The notes under the pieces: model-generated
The model's input: only the letters and a program-made list of their open reading frames with translations
Told to the model about the DNA's origin: nothing
Database searches by the model: none
From: Leucoraja ocellata
Lineage: Eukaryota
NCBI GenBank assembly: GCA_036785375.1
Contig: JAWMAR010000202.1
Coordinates: 3,596,001 to 3,660,000, forward strand
Direction: 5' to 3'
Length of the DNA: 64,000 nucleotides
In this document: positions 47,540-61,214 of the stretch, in pieces
How positions within the stretch are numbered: the stretch's first letter is position 1
How the letters are laid out: each line of letters starts with the position of its first letter
Translations under genes and position numbers: made by a program

Positions 47540-48110
47540 GTAAAGATTGTCCCCAGTGTGTGTTGGATAGTGTTAATATGCAGGGATCACTGGTCGGCGT
47601 GGACCAGATCAGCCAAAGGGCCTGTTTCTGCGCTGTATCTCTAAGGCTAAAACTTAACAACCAGGAAACTGTCATAATAGCAGGCTTTTGAACACTTTTG
47701 TGGTCTGTCTGCTCGCCATGACCTTGGGTGAGGTGAGTTGTTGAGATGAGATTGGGGGGAAGGAGAATTTGGGGAATTTGAACTTACCTCTGACTTTCTG
47801 GGGCTGCCAGAACAAGATGCATCCATAAAATGTCAAATTCTTTGACAACCCATTCTGCTCTGATTCTAAACTAGACAGAACTGTCAAACCATAACAAAAT
47901 CTGCATTCAACCCATATACTCACTCTTTCAAACTGAGTTCAAGGTCTGGGGACCAATCTCCTCAGAAATCACACTGTTGTTTGGCTTCTGTAAGTTCTCC
48001 CTAGTGTGTAGGATAGTACATGTGGTGATCATTGGTCAGCGTGGACTCGGTGTGCCAAAGGACCTGTTTCTACACTGCATCCTTAAACTAAACTAAAAAT
48101 AAACTAATCT
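47540..48110 (+). mobile_element. Two V-SINE/HE1-like 3' fragments (47540-47650, 47990-48110); related pieces at 35580-35640 and 46230-46500 (minus)
   Basis: ..gtgtaggatagt..ggtc..ccaaagg.cctgtttct..ctg.atc..taaactaaa tail. Confidence 0.6.
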
Positions 48111-48298
48111 AAAGAGTCTTTTGAAAGTTTTTTCTTATTTTTCACATCAGTGCAACAATTCCTAACCCACACCTGAGACTACTGCAGTGATGGGTCTTTT
48201 TATTTTGGCAAAATTGTATAGATACTGTAAGTTAAAAAGTAAACACAATAAAGAACTCCAGAAAAAACGCTAAGTTAAATTCATCTCATTCTCTTTAG

Positions 48299-48425
48299 GT
48301 CCTCAGGAGGATCAGACCAGATCAGTTCGTTCCTCTGCAGTCATAGGGTTAGGTGCTGTCCTTGCGTTTCTGGCCATAGTATTTGTAATTATTGTTGTAT
48401 GGAATGCCATTCAAAGAAACAAAAG
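48299..48425 (+). CDS. ENPP7: ENPP7-like exon 5: transmembrane helix AVIGLGAVLAFLAIVFVIIVVW
   Basis: 127 nt, acceptor ctctttag, donor AAG|GTAAGG, phase 1/2. Confidence 0.88.
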
Positions 48426-48859
48426 GTAAGGAAATGTTGAAGCAACCAACTGTGATGTTGCTTCCTTGTCAATATTCCCAAATGACTGTAAATTGCAGCT
48501 GAAAGTTGACGTTAATCTAATAAACTAACAAGACTCAACACAACTAGTCAAGGAAGGGTCTACTTTCTGATGTTTTCTGATCTGTGACATTTAGAACTTC
48601 TGCCACCTTCTTTCCAAGAGGAAACAGTCCACTTTCTCAGGAAAGCATTCTTGCTCCACTTTAATTTGACATAGTGTCGCCAGAAACGCTCTCTCCCTCA
48701 ACTGCTCTTCCTCAGTTACTGGGACTATTAAATATTGTATTGATTTCACTAGCATTGGGTCCATCACTCTTGGCAAGATCTCAGACCCAAATTTAAGGCC
48801 CATGTGATTATTTTGTGTTGGCAGACAAGGCTTTGTCTAGCTGCATCACCTTAAGCTGT

Positions 48860-49225
48860 GTGGCACCGTCAGCGACGGCAGCCTCGCCAACAGTCTGTCT
48901 GTCTTTTCGTCTTTTTTGTCATTTTTTGTGTGTTTTAAAAAGCATGTGTTAATGTTCTCTGGTTTGTTTTATGTGGGGAGTGGGGGGTGGGGGTCGGGGG
49001 AAACTTTTTCAAATTCTTATCATGCTGGAGATGCGATTGTTTTCCGGATCGTATCTCCAGTCACTCTGACATTGCCCTAACATCATGGAGCTGGTGGCCT
49101 TGCTCGAGACTGACTTTGAGCCCCACTGCTGGTCCGCGGACTTACCATCGGAGTCTGCGATCCCTTGCCTGGGATCGGCCCTCCTGCGGATTTGAACATC
49201 GAGGAGCTCGCAGTCTTGGGTAGAC
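48860..49225 (+). mobile_element. Partial GC-rich non-autonomous retroposon (family of 53770-54490)
   Basis: gccaacagtctgtctgt..gactgactttgagcc..gatcccttgcctgggatcg shared with the 53770 copy. Confidence 0.75.
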
Positions 49226-50201
49226 TTCATTAAAAGATAGGGATTTCTTCATGTTGTTCCACTTATTTAGCTCTGCCTTTACTTAGGGTTTAAGTGAACA
49301 GGGCACTGGTTTAGGTTTTTCATCTTCCTGGGTGCGAGCATCGGTGTCCTTGTTGCAACCGCATGCTCAGCGCAAGAGCAATGCAGCCAGTCCCAACCCA
49401 CTGCTGTTTCCCTGTGTTACTGCAATGTTTTATGCATGTTTGGATCCAAGTTCCCCCTGTAGGTGATGGTTGAATCTGCCTTCACTACCATTACAGGCAA
49501 TGGAAATCAAATGTTTTTTCATTACTGATTGTAGTACGATTTATTTTTTTATTTTGGCAAACAATTCCAATTTTTCAAACTATTATTCTGATCTTATGGT
49601 GTATACTTGTAATTATTGTGTGGTGTTTGCCAATGCAAAAGCTCAACTTCAGAAAGTTTCTGTTGAATATTATGGGTTCTTATTCAGCCAGTAAATTACC
49701 ACATAAAATTTACAATAGCCAGGGGGTGAGAGTTGCTTTTAACGTTTCAATAAGATCATCTCTTATTCTTCGAAATTCCAACAGAATAGGCCCAACCTGC
49801 TCAACCTTTCTTCATGATTTTCCACCCTGCTGAATCTTCATTGCCACTCCACTGTCTGCATATCCTTTTTAAAAGATAGGGATCAAAACTGTTCAGAATT
49901 GTCCAGGTACAGTCTCACCAGAAAATTGAATCAAAACTTCCCCACTTTTATACTACATATCCTTTATAATCAATGCCAATTTGCCTTTTTAATTACACAT
50001 AGTACCTGCATGTCAGCCCTTTGCGTCCCATGTATGATTGCAGTAATAATTTGCTTTTTCATTGTTTCTTCCAAAGTGGATATTCTCTCATTTTTCCCAC
50101 ATTTTATTCCATGTCCTAACTTTATGCTCACTTGTTTAATCTGCCTACATCCCCTTGCTAGCACTCCTAAGTAACAACCCTCGCTAACATCCTCTTGCTA
50201 A

Positions 50202-50808
50202 AGGGCCTGTCCCACTTTCCCGAGTTATTCATGAATTCTCCTGATTTATCCACGAATTCTCCCGAGTTTTCAAACTCGCAGAATGTTCGTAACAAGTCCG
50301 TAAGAGGCCGTAAGAGTCCGTGGATATATCGTAGCGGCTCGTTATGCCAGCCGTAGGTACTCGGGGCTATTTTTTACTCGTGGACATTTTTCATCAGGCT
50401 GGAAAAAACGTCCTAGAAACATAGAAACATAGAAATTAGGTGCAGGAGTAGGCCATTCGGCCCTTCGAGCCTGCACCGCCATTCAATATGATCATGGCTG
50501 ATCATCCAACTCAGTATCCCGTACCTGCCTTCTCTCCATACCCCCTGATCCCCTTAGCCACAAGAGCCACATCTAACTCCCTCTTAAATATAGCCAATGA
50601 ACTGGCCTCAACTACCCTCTGTGGCAGAGAGTTCCAGACCTACCTGATGCCCTGAGTACCTACGGCTGGCATAACGAGCCGCTACGATGTATCCACGGAC
50701 TCCTACGGCCTCCTATGGACTTGTTACGAACATTCTGCGAGTTTGAAAACTCGGGAGAATTAATGAATAATAACTCAGGATAATTTGTGAATAACTCTCG
50801 AAAGTGGA
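50202..50808. mobile_element. Palindromic Harbinger-like MITE with a CR1 3' fragment (50414-50638, minus) at its centre
   Basis: TAA|AGGGCCTGTCCCACTT terminus; arms tcgtagcggctcgttatgccagccgtaggtactc / gagtacctacggctggcataacgagccgctacga. Confidence 0.82.
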
Positions 50809-51131
50809 ACCTTCACACTCCTTGGTTGAGGAACTGCTGATCTGAAAAGTAGTTTACAAGTGAGATTATATTATTTGTTTTCATTAAATTAAAAATACAA
50901 AAATAGATTAGGAAAGGAATGCATGTGAAATTCTATAATCTTCAATATTTGTTGGAATCAATAATGGAAACTCATTTGGTCAAACTTCCCTTGTCTAAGC
51001 CATGTTAGATTGGTATGTAACAATTATTGTAAGTAGATTAAAATGTTAGCATGTAAGTAGCTTTGCTTCACTTTTTTAAATTTTAGGAATGACCAGTTAT
51101 ATAATGTTTAAGTTGTGCTTTATTTTCCCAG

Positions 51132-51192
51132 ATCCAAGCGTGAAAATCCTTGCAGTGATTCCCACATTCCAATAAAGGAGTTTAAGTTCTAA
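51132..51192 (+). CDS. ENPP7: ENPP7-like exon 6 (last): (R)SKRENPCSDSHIPIKEFKF*
   Basis: Acceptor tattttcccag, phase fits exon 5, TAA at 51190-51192; chosen on splice signal and phase only. Confidence 0.72.
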
Positions 51193-52004
51193 ATGGCTTA
51201 TCAGAGCAATCGGTTTATTAGCCTCACCAAATTCAAACTGTTAATGCAAACTGGAAAAATGTGAGAATTATCTTCCTTGTGAAACTGTAGGTGGTGGCCC
51301 TTCCCTTTAGTATAGTTTTATCCATTCCTAACAATGTTCAATTTAATTTAGCTTATTATTGTCATGTGTACCGAGATACAGTGAAAATCTTTTGTCTGCT
51401 ATCCTGTCAAAAAAAAAAGACTATATATGAACACAATCAAGCATCCACAGTGCAAAGCGAAAGGATAAAGGGTACAACATTTAGTGCAAAGATATAACAC
51501 TGAATTCTGATTAAAGAAAATTCAAAGGTCTCCAATGAGGCGGATGGAAAGTGAAATGTATTAAATTTCTTTATTTCAGTTCATTAAAAAGTTGAAAGCC
51601 AGGCAAAACCTAACCTAACCCTCATGCTGCTATTACATTAAAGCCAGGGCAGGAGTTCATGTTTTGGAGACATTCAAAGCATCAGTCACAGGATTTTCAA
51701 TGGACATTACATACAAAGCCTTTAGATTTAAAGAGACAGAAGTCTAGATATTAAGGTGTGGCATACATTGTTATTCTTTAGCTGTGGGGTCTGAGTGGGT
51801 CCATTAAAGTTGCCAGTTGTGGACTTTTGTAACTTCTATGAAACATATATTGTACATTAATGTAAGTTTGCGGCTAACTTGCAGTTATCCATTTCTCAGA
51901 CCCCCCAGCATAATTTAAGAACTTTACCAAAGTAAAATAGTGTCAATACTTGGAAAACTGAAATAGAAACAATATTGGAAATATATTTTAACTATTTGAC
52001 ATTT

Positions 52005-52612
52005 TTTACTCAATTACGCGCTAATAATGGGGAAAAAGCTCATACTTAAATTCTGGAAAAATGCGCCCACACCAACAATAAAAATGTGGATATCAAATAT
52101 GTTTGAAACACTACATCTGGAAGAGATGAGATTCCTCTTAGCAGGTAAAGCAGACCAATTCCAAAAGACGTGGTCTACGTTTTTGGAACTATTACAAGCA
52201 TGAGGTGCAATAATGATCTGACAAATAAATAAATAAATAAATAAATAAATGGTATCAGGCTCTGGCAACGGGGGGTAAAACAACAAAAATAGACTTGATT
52301 GGTAGTCCCCTTTCTGCGGAGTTTAATGTTATAATAGAGCGATTGTTTCTACTTTCTTCTTCCTTCTTTTCTAGGGTCTACTTTCTTTCTTTACTTCTTT
52401 CTCTAACTTCTTTTCTAAGGGGCTTTCTTTTCTCAACACTCTCCTGCACCTTCACGACTCTTGCGCACTTTCCTTACTTCCTTTACTTCTATCTTTTTCT
52501 TAAAGCTCAAAAAATGAAGCGGTACAAAAAATGTATTAAGACATATGTGTTGTGTATTATTGTAACTTGCCGTACTTCTAATAAAAATAAATAAAAAATA
52601 AAAAAATAAAAA
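52005..52612 (+). mobile_element. Short L1 3' fragment with A-rich tail and TSD
   Basis: ..GKKLILKFWKNAPTPTIKMWI.. homologous to the 60130-60200 region; AACTATTTG(A/C)CATTT at 51990-52004 and 52613-52627. Confidence 0.88.
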
Positions 52613-52669
52613 AACTATTTGCCATTTAACCTTTCAACTAAATGAAAGACTCAATGAAACTCGAATGGT

Positions 52670-52800
52670 TTCAAGGGGTATGGGGAGAAAGCAGGAACGG
52701 GGTACTGATTTTGGATGATCAGCCATGATCATGTTGAATGGCGGTGCTGGCTCGAAGGGCCGAATGACCTACTCCTGTACCTATTTTCTATGTTTCTATG
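52670..52800 (+). mobile_element. CR1 3' tail fragment
   Basis: Reverse complement of the 21364 tail; ends ttctatgtttctatg. Confidence 0.85.
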
Positions 52801-53769
52801 ATGACCTTTCATCAGAAAATGTTTGTGGTTTATGGAGGTGAATCATCTCAGTTCCTGGAGATGCTAATTTAAAATATAAAGTGCAATTTGCCTTTCCCAT
52901 ATGCATTTTGTATAATTTACTTTATTTATTCAGTAGAATGGAATTGGTACATGATTAATTTTCTCTTTTCTTCAAAACTGAAGCACCAATTTGGAAATTT
53001 GATTAATATATGAGATTTAATTATGTAAAATGAAAACAATGTATTGGCATAAATTAATTGAATGAGCATTTTATTGCAAAATGAATGCGTTTCTTTTTCT
53101 TCAATACCATCTTTCAGATAAGATAGTTATTAATTGACCTTTGGGAATATTCTAAGGCACTGTTCAAAGAAATGTAAGGACAACCCCCTGGTATCTTGGC
53201 CAATTTTAATCCTTTAATTAATATGACCAAAGAAAAAAACCCATCTGTTTATCTGTGTGGTTGTTTGTGTCGGTAGGACAATGCTTTTCTTATGTACCCA
53301 GGAGAATTGTTCTCCCTGATCTACAAGGAAACAAGAGAAACAGAATCTCACTTTTGGGTCCTATTTAGGCATATTTTATATGATATATTCACAAGTAAAA
53401 TGTAGTTTTTACATCCCTACATCCAAAACTAATGGAATTGAATTTCAAAGTGAAGTACAATGAGCAGTTGCTACTACATACTCCTTTTTTGGCAATCCTT
53501 TGGTATTGAGATGACTGAAATGAGGCCTAAGTGAGAACTGAACTCTTCCTTGGAATGGGGCAGGCGATGTTGATAGGGCGAGCAGTTTGTGAGATCATCC
53601 TTCCCAAACTTAGTTTAGTTTATGGTCATGTGTACCGAGGTACAGTAAAAAGCTTTTTGTTCAATGCTATGCAGGCAGCAGAAAGACTGTACATGATTAC
53701 AATCAAGCCGTCCAGTGTACAGATACAGGATAAATGGAATAATGTTAAGTGCAAGATAAAGTCCAGCAA

Positions 53770-54490
53770 CAAAAGATACAGCCCTGCCAACAGTCTGTCT
53801 GTTTTTTCATATTTTTTAAATTTTTAGTGTGTTTTAAAAGTCTGTGTGTATGTTCTCCAGTTTGTTTTATGTGGGGGGAGGGGGAAACTTTTTTTCAGCT
53901 TCTTACCTTGCCGGAAATGCAATTCTTTTCTGGATCGCTCTGCGGCATACCATCGATGGAGCTGGAGGCCTCCTTGGACTGACTTTGAGCCTCACCGCGG
54001 GGCGTGGACTTAACATCGGAGTCGATCCCTTGCCTGGGATCGCTCCAACCACGGCCTGTGAACTTTACCAGCACAAGCTCGCAGTCTCGGGAGAGGCTAA
54101 TCGGTAGAGCTCAAATGACACAGAGGTTCGACCAGCCCCGACGAGGGTTTCGATCGTCCGGCGAGGGGGAACTGACATCCCCCTGATGCAGGAACTGATC
54201 GCCCAGATGATGAGGGCCCAATCATTGCCGGCTGTGGGAGTCAAGATCGTCCCGTCAACGGAGGGCTCAAGGCCCCCGACCATGGGAGAACAAAGAAGGG
54301 AAGAGATTGAACTTTTTTTCGCCTCCCATCACAGTGAGGAATGTGGAGGAGTCACTGTGGTGGATGTTTATGTTAAAATATATTTTATGTGTTTTGTTGC
54401 TTTTTATTTGTATGACTGACTTGGCAAATGAAATTCCTCGTATGTTGCAAAACATACTTGGCTAATAAAGTATTATTGTGATTGCATGAT
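53770..54490 (+). mobile_element. GC-rich non-autonomous retroposon
   Basis: Tail aattcctcgtatgttgcaaaacatacttgg..aataaa also occurs alone at 12407-12455. Confidence 0.75.
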
Positions 54491-55318
54491 TTATTGTAAA
54501 GTCCAATTAAAGATAGTCCAAGGGTTTCCAATGAGGTAGATGGTGGAGAGGGGTGCTGACCTACCATTTACCTCATTAGAGACCCATGGACTATCTTCAA
54601 TCGGACTTTATTTTGAACAAAATGCTATTCCCTTTATCCTGTATCTGTACACTGTGGACGGCTTACCTGTGACTGTGCTCTGGCAGTATGAGATTTGAGA
54701 TTTTCAATGCCATTCTGAATGCTGCTCCTCTATGAGGAGCCGAGGGCCAGATATTCCCAAGAGTTGTACAAAATAGAGAAAACAGCATTCCATTTTATAG
54801 GGTATCCTAAAAACAGTAACATAATAGGACTGATTTAGATTTGAAAAAAAAATCTCTGACAACATTTTCCAGCCACTAATGATTATTTTTTAGGTAAAAA
54901 TCAAATGGTTGCATAGATCTGAGGTTAACAAGAAGTAACGTCAACTTTGAGCCAGCAAATGATTCATTTCTTAATAAATTCAGAAACTTTCACAGAGCAC
55001 GAATTTATACCTCATTTAGATCAAATTGAATTTGGACACTAATTACAGGTTTTCTCGATCCTGTTGTTAATGATTATTTTAATGCATTTAATGATAATAT
55101 AACCATTTGTACTCTATGCTGTTGAAATAATGGAAACTTATTCTGCTAATGATGTAAAAGCGCTGTAAAATGAAATAAATGATTGCAAGAAAAATAGATG
55201 GAAAGACTAAATAAAAAATATAGATGGATAGTAAAATAGGTTAATAAAATTCCTCACAAATTACACTGTACTAAAATGTTGGTTGATGTATGGATATAAA
55301 GGCAACGTCCATATCATG

Positions 55319-56085
55319 TCGTCAAGTTTATTCGTCACATACACATACGAGATGTGCAGTGAAATGAAAAGTGGCAATGCTTGTGGATTGTGCAAAAAAA
55401 CTACAAAACAGAATGGAACAGAATCACATATTCACATACAGGTATTACATATTAGTGGGAGGAAAAAAAAGAAAAAACAGCAATTTTAAAAAGACACCAC
55501 ACAACAATAAATTGGTACAGTAAAGTTAGTCCATGGTGAGGTAGGAGTTTACAGTCCTAATGGCCTCAGGAAAGAAACTCCTTCTCATCCTCTCCGTTTT
55601 CATAACATGGCAACAGAGGCGTTTGCCTGACCGTAGCAGCTGGAACAGTCCGTTGCTGGGTCTATGAACAGCATCCTCACATAGCCCCACTTCTGGCTGT
55701 CAAGGTGAGAGAGAGCGGTGTGCAGAACCTGGGAGACCGCATCGTCCGTGGGTCTGTTCGGACGGTATGCGAATTGTAGCGGGTCCATGTTGCGAGGGAG
55801 GAAGGCGCAAATGTGTTCCTTGATCAGCCTCTCAAAGCATTTCATGACTACCGAGATGAGGGCATCTGGACGGTAGTCATTCAGACCAGCTGGGGAGGCA
55901 TTTTTAGGTACAGGTACAATGATGGATCTTTTGAAGCAGGCAGGGACCACGGACTTGGCCAGGGATCGGTTGAATATTGTAGTGAGCACCAGAGCTAGCT
56001 GCGTAGCACAGGACTTGAGTACTCGCCCCGAGATGCCATCTGGGCCCACAGCTTTCCTCGTGTTCACCCGTCTCTCCTCACGTCG
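55319..56085 (-). mobile_element. Rex1/Babar-clade LINE fragment with an internal deletion
   Basis: [55 protein letters not shown], then jumps to the 3' end. Confidence 0.88.
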
Positions 56086-56622
56086 TGCTCGGACAATGGG
56101 AATGTGTGCACATCCCCAGCGATGTGTTCCGAGAAAACCATTTGCATCATAACTTTCCATAATGTGAACTTCATTATTCCATTTTGCAATTCTATTTGCG
56201 ATAAAGAAGTAAAGCACTACTGTTATTTAATGTATGAGACCAAGACCAAACTTGGTGGGGAGTGATAGTGGGTTTGGACAAAGCTCCTGTAAAAGAAAGA
56301 ACAAATTCTGTCCATTTTTTTTCAGCACTCTGGAGCAGTAGGGTTTGGATGTGATGTTATTGCCCTCTGCAGTCAGAGGATGTGAACAGCTGTCTTAGAG
56401 TGCAACACTACTGTGCTCTTCATCTGTAAGGTATTTCCTCTTGACATACAAGGCCCGTGGCTTAGAAAGTAGGGATATCAGGGGGAAGGAACTCAGCAGG
56501 TCAGACAGCACCTGGAGAACATGGATAGGTGAGGTTGGAAGAAGGGTCGAGACCCTTCTTCCAACCTAAAGGATAGGTTAAAGGTGATAGGGAAGAGGTT
56601 GAAGGTGAGAGTGGAAAATTTT

Positions 56623-59600
56623 CACCTAAATTTAATCAAAACAGATATAATATTTCTTCAAGAAACACACCTTAAAAAGGAATCTCAACATAGACTTAAA
56701 GCTAAGTGGATCGCTGAATCATATCATTCCTCCTTTTCCCACAAGTCCAGAGGAGTTGCAATAGTAATTCGTAAAGGAATACCTTTTACGAACTCTTCAA
56801 CAATAGTGGATATTGATGGTAGATATATTATATTAGTTGGAGAGTTAAATGGAGAAAAAGTGATCCTTCTTAATGTTTATGGGCCTAATTTTGATAACCC
56901 CACGTTTTTTAATAAAACATTTAATAAAATTCCTGAATTTACACAATATAAATTAATAATTGGAGGAGACTTCAATTGTACATTAGACTCATACTTAGAT
57001 AGATCATCAAGGCAAAAAAAAGCAACATCTCAATCAAGTGTATTTTTAAATTCATTTATTAATACCACTAATATTAAGGATGTCTGGAGAATAGAAAACC
57101 CAACCGGACGGGAATATTCATTTTACTCACCAGTACACAAAACATACTCAAGAATAGATTATTTTTTAGTTGACTCTACGTTTATCCCATTTATTTATAA
57201 TTCAAAATACCATAACATTATAATCTCAGATCACGCACCGGTAACATTCATGATTAAATTAAATGGAATGTCCGAGAAACAAGCATATTGGAGATTTAAC
57301 CCACAAATTTTGAACGAAAGATCATGCCAGGAATATATTATTAAACAGATTCAAATATTTTTTGTGGTAAATGACAACCCTGACACACCTATTTCTCTTA
57401 TGTGGGAAACGTTCAAAGCGTATGTTCGAGGTACATTAATTTCTGCTCAAGCATTTTATAATAAAGAAAACAGGATTAAACAACAAACATTGGAAAGTGA
57501 AATCAAGCAACTAGATATAGAAAATGCGAGAATACCATCTACGTTAAAACATAATAAAATTGCTGTATTGAAATATAAATTAAATAAAATGTATTCAGAA
57601 CAAGTAATAAAACTTTATCAAAAAACCAAACAATTACATTTTGAATTTGGAGACAAACCACAAAAACTATTAGCACGCCAGTTACGAAAAATGGAAGGGG
57701 AAAAAATAATTTATAAAATTAGAACAGAGACAGGAGAATTATTAAAAATGCCCAAGGATATAAATGATAGATTTCTCCAATACTATCATAACCTTTATTC
57801 AACTAAAACCGTAGCACAATCAGAAGGAATAGCAGATTTTTTAATAAAATGTAATCTAAAAGGTTTAGATTCAAACGATAGAGAACTATTAGAAAGGGAG
57901 ATTACGATAAAGGATATTGAGGAGTCTATTGGCTCTCTAAAAAATGGTAAAGCAGTAGGACCAGATGGTTTAGGTTCCGAATTTTACAAAAAATTTTATG
58001 ATTTGCTTTGCCCACGTTTACAAAGACTGTATGAGTATATCTATACTCAACAGAAACTTCCAGACACTTTAAATGAATCTATAATAACACTTATTCCTAA
58101 AGCTGATAAAGATCTGGAAGACCCGGGATCATACAGAGCAATTGCACTTCTGAATACAGACCAGAAAATATTAACTAAAATACTAGCGCATAGATTAAGT
58201 ACAGTGATGAATAAATGAATACACCCTGACCAAACAGGCTTTATTCAGAAACGGTACTCATATTATAATCTAAGAAGATTATTTAATATTATATATTCCA
58301 AGAGAATTATTAATGAAGATCTAGCAATAATCTCACTTGACGCTGAAAAAGCATTTGATCAGGTCGAATGGCCTTATTTATTTTCGGTGATGGAAAAGAT
58401 GCAGCTAGGGGAGAAATTCTGTACATGGATAAAACTGTTATATACAAATCCCACAGCTAGAATATTTACTAACCAAAGGTTGTCATCTAAATTTAGCCTA
58501 TCTAGAGGTTGTAGACAAGGATGCCCGTTATCTCCATTATTATTTGCACTTGCTATTGAGCCACTGGCAGAAAGAGTTAGGGGGCATCCGGAAATACACG
58601 GGTATAACACTAAGGACACAGTGAATAAAATTTCTCTATACGCAGATGACGTATTAATTTACATTACAAAACCAGAAATTAGTATCCCAAACTTATTAAA
58701 GCTAATAAACCAATTCGGTTCACTTTCAGGATACAGAATAAATTGGAATAAAAGTGAAATTATGCCAATAAGGGAACATAACAAACAGATAATACAACAA
58801 TTTCCATTTAAAATAGTAAATGAAAAATTTAAATATCTAGGTATTTATGTAACTAAGATATATACATCATTATTTAAAGCAAATTTCCCCCCATTACTGA
58901 ACAAACTACATAAGAATATCCAGTACTGGAAAACACTACCTATCTCAATGGTTGGCAAAATTAATGCCATAAAAATGATTTTTTTACCGCAAATATTATA
59001 CCTTTTTCAGACGATTCCGATATACCTGGCAAAAAACTTTTTTTAAAAATTGGACTCTATTGTTAATGATTTTATCTGGGATTATAAGAATCATAGGATA
59101 AACAAAAGACACCTGTGTAAATCAAAAAGTAATGGAGGCTTGGTTTTACCTAACTTTTTGTTTTATTTCTGGGCAGTTAATATTAAAAATATGAATTTCT
59201 GGTTGGAAGAAATAGATCATCAACCAGACTGGTTAAAAATGGAAAAGGAAGATTGTCTACCTTTTGATATTGGTTCGATATTATTTGCTACGTCTAAATT
59301 AAACAAAAAAATTTATAGGGAAAACCCTATAATATTTAGTGCTATACGAATTTGGAAACAATTCAAAAAGATATTAAAATTAGATAACTTATCACTTTTT
59401 CTTCCAATTGTGAATAATCCTTTGTTTAAGCCTTCATGGTTAGACGGGGGTTTTACACAATGGAAGAATTATGGAATTAAAAATATGGGACAACTTTACA
59501 AGGAAGGCACTTTTCTGACATTTCAGGAGTTGCAACAGACTTATGGACTTCGAGGAAATGATTATTTCAGATATCTTCAACTTAGAGATTATGTAAAATC

Positions 59601-60336
59601 GAACTCTCAAAATTTTCGAATTAGAAACTCAGAAATTCTTGATGAATGTTGGAATAAACATCCTAATACAGAAAAATTAATATCTTATATATATAATATC
59701 TTATTAGACAGTGACATTCCTTCGACGGACTTACACAGACAAACATGGGAAAAAGAATTAAATCAAGTAATAACGAAAGATACTTGGGAAGAAAGTTTAC
59801 AACACATACATCAGTGTTCACTAAACGCCAGACATTCTCTAATACAATTTAAAGTAATACATAGGTTACATTATTCAAAAACAAAACTACATAAAATTTT
59901 TCAACATATTTCACCTATATGTGATAAATGTCAATATTTAGAAGCTACATTATCGCATATGTTTGCAAACTGTACAAAAATTAAAAAATTCTGGGTAAAT
60001 ATTTTTAGTATAATATCTAAAGTAACCAACACACAATTGGAACCAGATCCAAAATTAATAATACTCGGAATATTAGAATTAAATCAAACATTTAGAATAA
60101 CACAAAGAAACTTTATTGATTATAGTTTAATAACAGGAAAAAAATTAATTCTAAAATTTTGGAAAGGCCCTACGGCCCCCACAATCAAAATGTGGATTAT
60201 AGAAATGACGGAGACCTTAAACGTGGAAAGAATCAGATTTTTCCTGTTGGACAAACAGGAATTATTCGTTGGAACATGGTCTCCTTTTATTGATTACTTA
60301 AAGGGTCAGAATAGTTCAGCACAGGAACCTGACTAG
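56623..60336 (+). pseudogene. L1 ORF2 (APE, RT with YADD, C-terminal CCHC), one frame with two stops
   Basis: ORFs at 56584, 58387 and 59050 share a frame; stops at 58216-58218 and 59044-59046; FLQETH, GGDFN, SDH, RQGCPLSP, CDKC..SHMFANC. Confidence 0.93.
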
Positions 60337-60678
60337 CACTCGGGCTAAAGATTGGATGAAATGCTACACTCTGAAATGTACGAACATATCTCGAACGATG
60401 TTTTTTATTTTAATAAATTTTTCCATTCTTCTTTAACTATCTCTTTCCCCTTTTTTTTGTTTTTTTTTGTTTTTGTTTTTCTTTCCTTTCTTTTCTTCCT
60501 TTACTTCATCTATCTCTTTAGTTCTATCTAGTTTAAAAAAAAATGAAGTAAAAGGCAAAAAGTATTGGAGACAATGTAATAATAACTGACAATATTATCA
60601 ATTTAAAAATGTAAGACAGTAATGATGTAATAGGTTATGTACCTATCTCCAATAAAAAATATTTTCAAAAAAAAAAAA
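56623..60678 (+). mobile_element. 5'-truncated L1 LINE with poly(A) and a perfect 15-bp TSD, inserted in a CR1 3' fragment (56595-61365)
   Basis: AGAGTGGAAAATTTT at 56608-56622 and 60679-60693; AATAAA then A run. Confidence 0.95.
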
Positions 60679-60764
60679 AGAGTGGAAAATTTTAATATGA
60701 ACCTGAGGGGCAACTTTTTCCACGCAGAGTGGTGGGGAGTTGGAACAAGCTGCCAGTGTGGGTA

Positions 60765-60985
60765 TGTTTAAGAAAGCACTGCAGATGCTGGAAAAATCGA
60801 AGGTAGACACAAAATGCTGGAGAAACTCAGCGAGTGAGGCAGCATCTATGGAGAGAAGGAATTGGCGACGTTTCGGGTCGAGACCCTTCTTCAGACTAAG
60901 AAGGGTCTCAACCCGAAACGTCGCCAGTTCCTTCTCTTCATAGATGCTGCCTCAGCCACTGAGTTTCTCCAGCATTTTTTGTTTG
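60765..60985. mobile_element. Fold-back mini-element with an intact hammerhead core on the minus strand (60864-60897)
   Basis: ~80-bp inverted arms; minus strand AGT-CTGAAGA-AGGGTCTCGACCC-GAAA-CG-TC-GCC. Confidence 0.82.
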
Positions 60986-61036
60986 CCAGAGGAGGTAGTT
61001 GAGGCAGATACTATAAACAAGTTAAAAAACACTTGG

Positions 61037-61214
61037 TACACAAAAATGCTGGAGAAACTCAGCGGGTGCAGCAGCATCTATGGAGCGAAGGAAATAGGCG
61101 ACGTTTCTGGCCGAAACGTTGCCTATTTCCTTCGGTGCATAGAGTCTGCTGCACCCGCTGAGTTTCTCCAGCATTTTTGTGTACCTTCGATTTTCCAGCA
61201 TCTGCAGTTCCTTC
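61037..61214. mobile_element. Fold-back mini-element with a perfect 15-bp TSD
   Basis: TTAAAAAACACTTGG at 61022-61036 and 61215-61229; ~70-bp inverted arms. Confidence 0.88.
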
